From NCBI GenBank assembly GCA_036522715.1, contig DATDFH010000421.1, positions 1 through 32,562 of the forward strand: a stretch of 32,562 nucleotides of DNA, given 5' to 3'. Source of the DNA: Verrucomicrobiia bacterium (GTDB lineage Bacteria > Verrucomicrobiota > Verrucomicrobiia > Limisphaerales > JACQFS01). The translations under genes were made by a program, and so were the position numbers. Below, piece by piece: positions 31,560 through 32,562 of the stretch. The notes beneath the pieces were generated by a model. The model saw nothing but the letters and a program-made list of their open reading frames with translations, did no database searches and was not told where the DNA came from. Positions within the stretch are counted from its first letter, which is position 1. The number at the start of each line of letters is the position of its first letter.

Positions 31560-32562
31560 CTATTCCAGGCGGGCCATCAATTCGCGAGCCACGACGCGCA
31601 CATGAGGTTCTTCAAGGATCGTTTCGTGCGCGCCGGGAACGATCTTCACCGTCACGCCCTCGCCAGCCAGTTCCCGCCAGCCGAACGCGAAATCAAACGA
31701 GCAGAAAAACGGATGCACCTTGGTGCGGAAGAGCGTGACGTGACCGGAGTACGGCTTGGGCACGTAATCGCGCAGGTTGCGAATGTGGATGTCCCAGAGC
31801 TTGCGCTCGTATTCAGCGTAGGAGGAGAGATCGAGCCAGCCTTCGGCTTCACTGCCGGGAGCCGCGTCGGTGGACGGGCCGAACCAGCGGCGGATGCGCT
31901 TCCGGGTCGCGCGGAATTTTCGGCGGAAGAAATCGCGGCGCTGTTCGGGTTTCCAGCGGCTGAAAGCAACGAGCCAGTTGGTCGTGTTGACGAGAAACCT
32001 CGCCACCAGACGCAGGCTCCAGCGTGCCTGATAGTAGCCGGAGTTGGGCGGCATGCAGTTGAACAATGCCAGCAGCGCGACACATTGCCCCTGGGCGTGA
32101 AGCTGACGGGCCATTTCGTAAGCCACGTTGCCGCCAAAACAGTAGCCGCCGAGATGATATGGACCACGCGGCTGGAACGCACGCAGATCAGCCACGTAGT
32201 GCGCGGCCATCTCCTCGATGCGCGAGAATTCCTGCAAATGATCCAGGCCGCGCGATTTGAAGGCGTACACCGGTTGTTCGGGTCCCAGGTGACGCGAGAG
32301 GTTCGTGTAACCCCACAACATTCCGCCGCCGACGCCGTGAACGAAAAACAGCGGCGGCCTCGAACCGGCGGGCTGAATGGCCACGATGGACGAGCCGGGT
32401 TGCGCGTTTCGCTCGCCGCGAAGAATCTGCGCCAGCGCGTCAATCGTCTGGACTTCGCAGAGCGTGGCGACGGAAATCTTTTTGCCAAAAACTTTTTCGA
32501 TCTGCGCGACAAGCCGCGCCGCTTGCAACGAATGGCCGCCGAGGTCGAAAAATCTTTCGTCC
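31560..32562 (-). CDS. 3' end of an NRPS/PKS-type megasynthase gene (partial): carrier-protein domain + type I thioesterase domain with a Cys in the nucleophile motif
   Basis: The reading frame is open to the window edge. Its translation starts …DERFFDLGGHSLQAARLVAQIEKVFG, the phosphopantetheine-attachment motif GGHS, with the Ser codon at 32529..32531. The TE domain shows PPLFFVHGVGG, HLGGYCFGGNVAYEMA (Cys codon 32139..32141) and PGAHETIL. The 'M' at 32528 in the ORF track is a TTG Leu codon inside the carrier domain. Confidence 0.85.
   Translation of the reverse strand, partial: DERFFDLGGHSLQAARLVAQIEKVFGKKISVATLCEVQTIDALAQILRGERNAQPGSSIVAIQPAGSRPPLFFVHGVGGGMLWGYTNLSRHLGPEQPVYAFKSRGLDHLQEFSRIEEMAAHYVADLRAFQPRGPYHLGGYCFGGNVAYEMARQLHAQGQCVALLALFNCMPPNSGYYQARWSLRLVARFLVNTTNWLVAFSRWKPEQRRDFFRRKFRATRKRIRRWFGPSTDAAPGSEAEGWLDLSSYAEYERKLWDIHIRNLRDYVPKPYSGHVTLFRTKVHPFFCSFDFAFGWRELAGEGVTVKIVPGAHETILEEPHVRVVARELMARLE

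Noticed and set aside
32526-32528. The ORF-track start codon of the 322-aa thioesterase ORF.
   Set aside because: It is a TTG Leu codon inside the carrier-protein motif GGHSL. The frame stays open to the window edge, so the gene is truncated by the window rather than starting here.
1-32562. I looked for evidence of a mobile element, prophage or genomic-island boundary (integrase, transposase, tRNA, flanking direct repeats) and for known defence-system genes.
   Set aside because: No such genes or RNA genes were recognised. The only repeats are in-frame domain repeats and short intergenic palindromes.

Overview
This is a GC-rich bacterial window. The protein architectures (Calx-beta arrays, an SBBP propeller, secreted proteins with FYR-type tails, an LExLExRxxP-type N-terminus) suggest a Verrucomicrobiota/Planctomycetota-like genome, but that is inference only. 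I support 17 protein-coding genes. By eye I found no rRNA, tRNA, CRISPR array, transposase or integrase.

Gene order, left to right:
1. 192-3929: a 69-aa Gly-zipper/Cys-His-rich peptide ORF, then a GC hairpin, then an 800-aa fusion of a PqqD-like peptide-binding domain, an M50 metalloprotease and a HlyD membrane-fusion protein, then an orphan 322-aa protein with a ParB/sulfiredoxin-like motif. I consider this the best candidate for an undescribed peptide maturation/export system.
2. 4101-5255: a secreted beta-rich hypothetical protein.
3. 5519-9073: a subtilase with five Calx-beta repeats and a PKD domain.
4. 9212-13819: a four-gene two-component block (REC-PAS3-HK, a stand-alone REC, REC-HisKA_3 HK, a NarL/LuxR regulator).
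5. 14095-18333: exopolysaccharide export genes. The first is an unusual single polypeptide joining a Wzz/PCP region, a degenerate BY-kinase-like domain and a Wza/OPX-like region. The second is a Wza-like lipoprotein.
6. 18519-25646: a 2375-aa secreted multidomain protein with a GH9 catalytic core, five Calx-beta repeats and a gingipain-like N-terminal region.
7. Minus strand: a DUF1111-type di-haem protein and an SBBP beta-propeller protein.
8. 29537-31516: a second subtilase. It shares an unassigned His-rich ~160-aa domain with the giant GH9 protein.
9. Right edge, minus strand: the C-terminal carrier-protein/thioesterase end of an NRPS/PKS-type megasynthase. The thioesterase nucleophile motif reads GYCFG (Cys instead of Ser).

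Other observations:
- A perfect 21-bp duplication includes a start codon.
- There are near-identical 342-bp coding repeats.
- A GGGGT-N-TTCA-CCCC-like inverted repeat recurs in 5' intergenic regions.

All family assignments come from reading motifs in the supplied translations. No database search was run.
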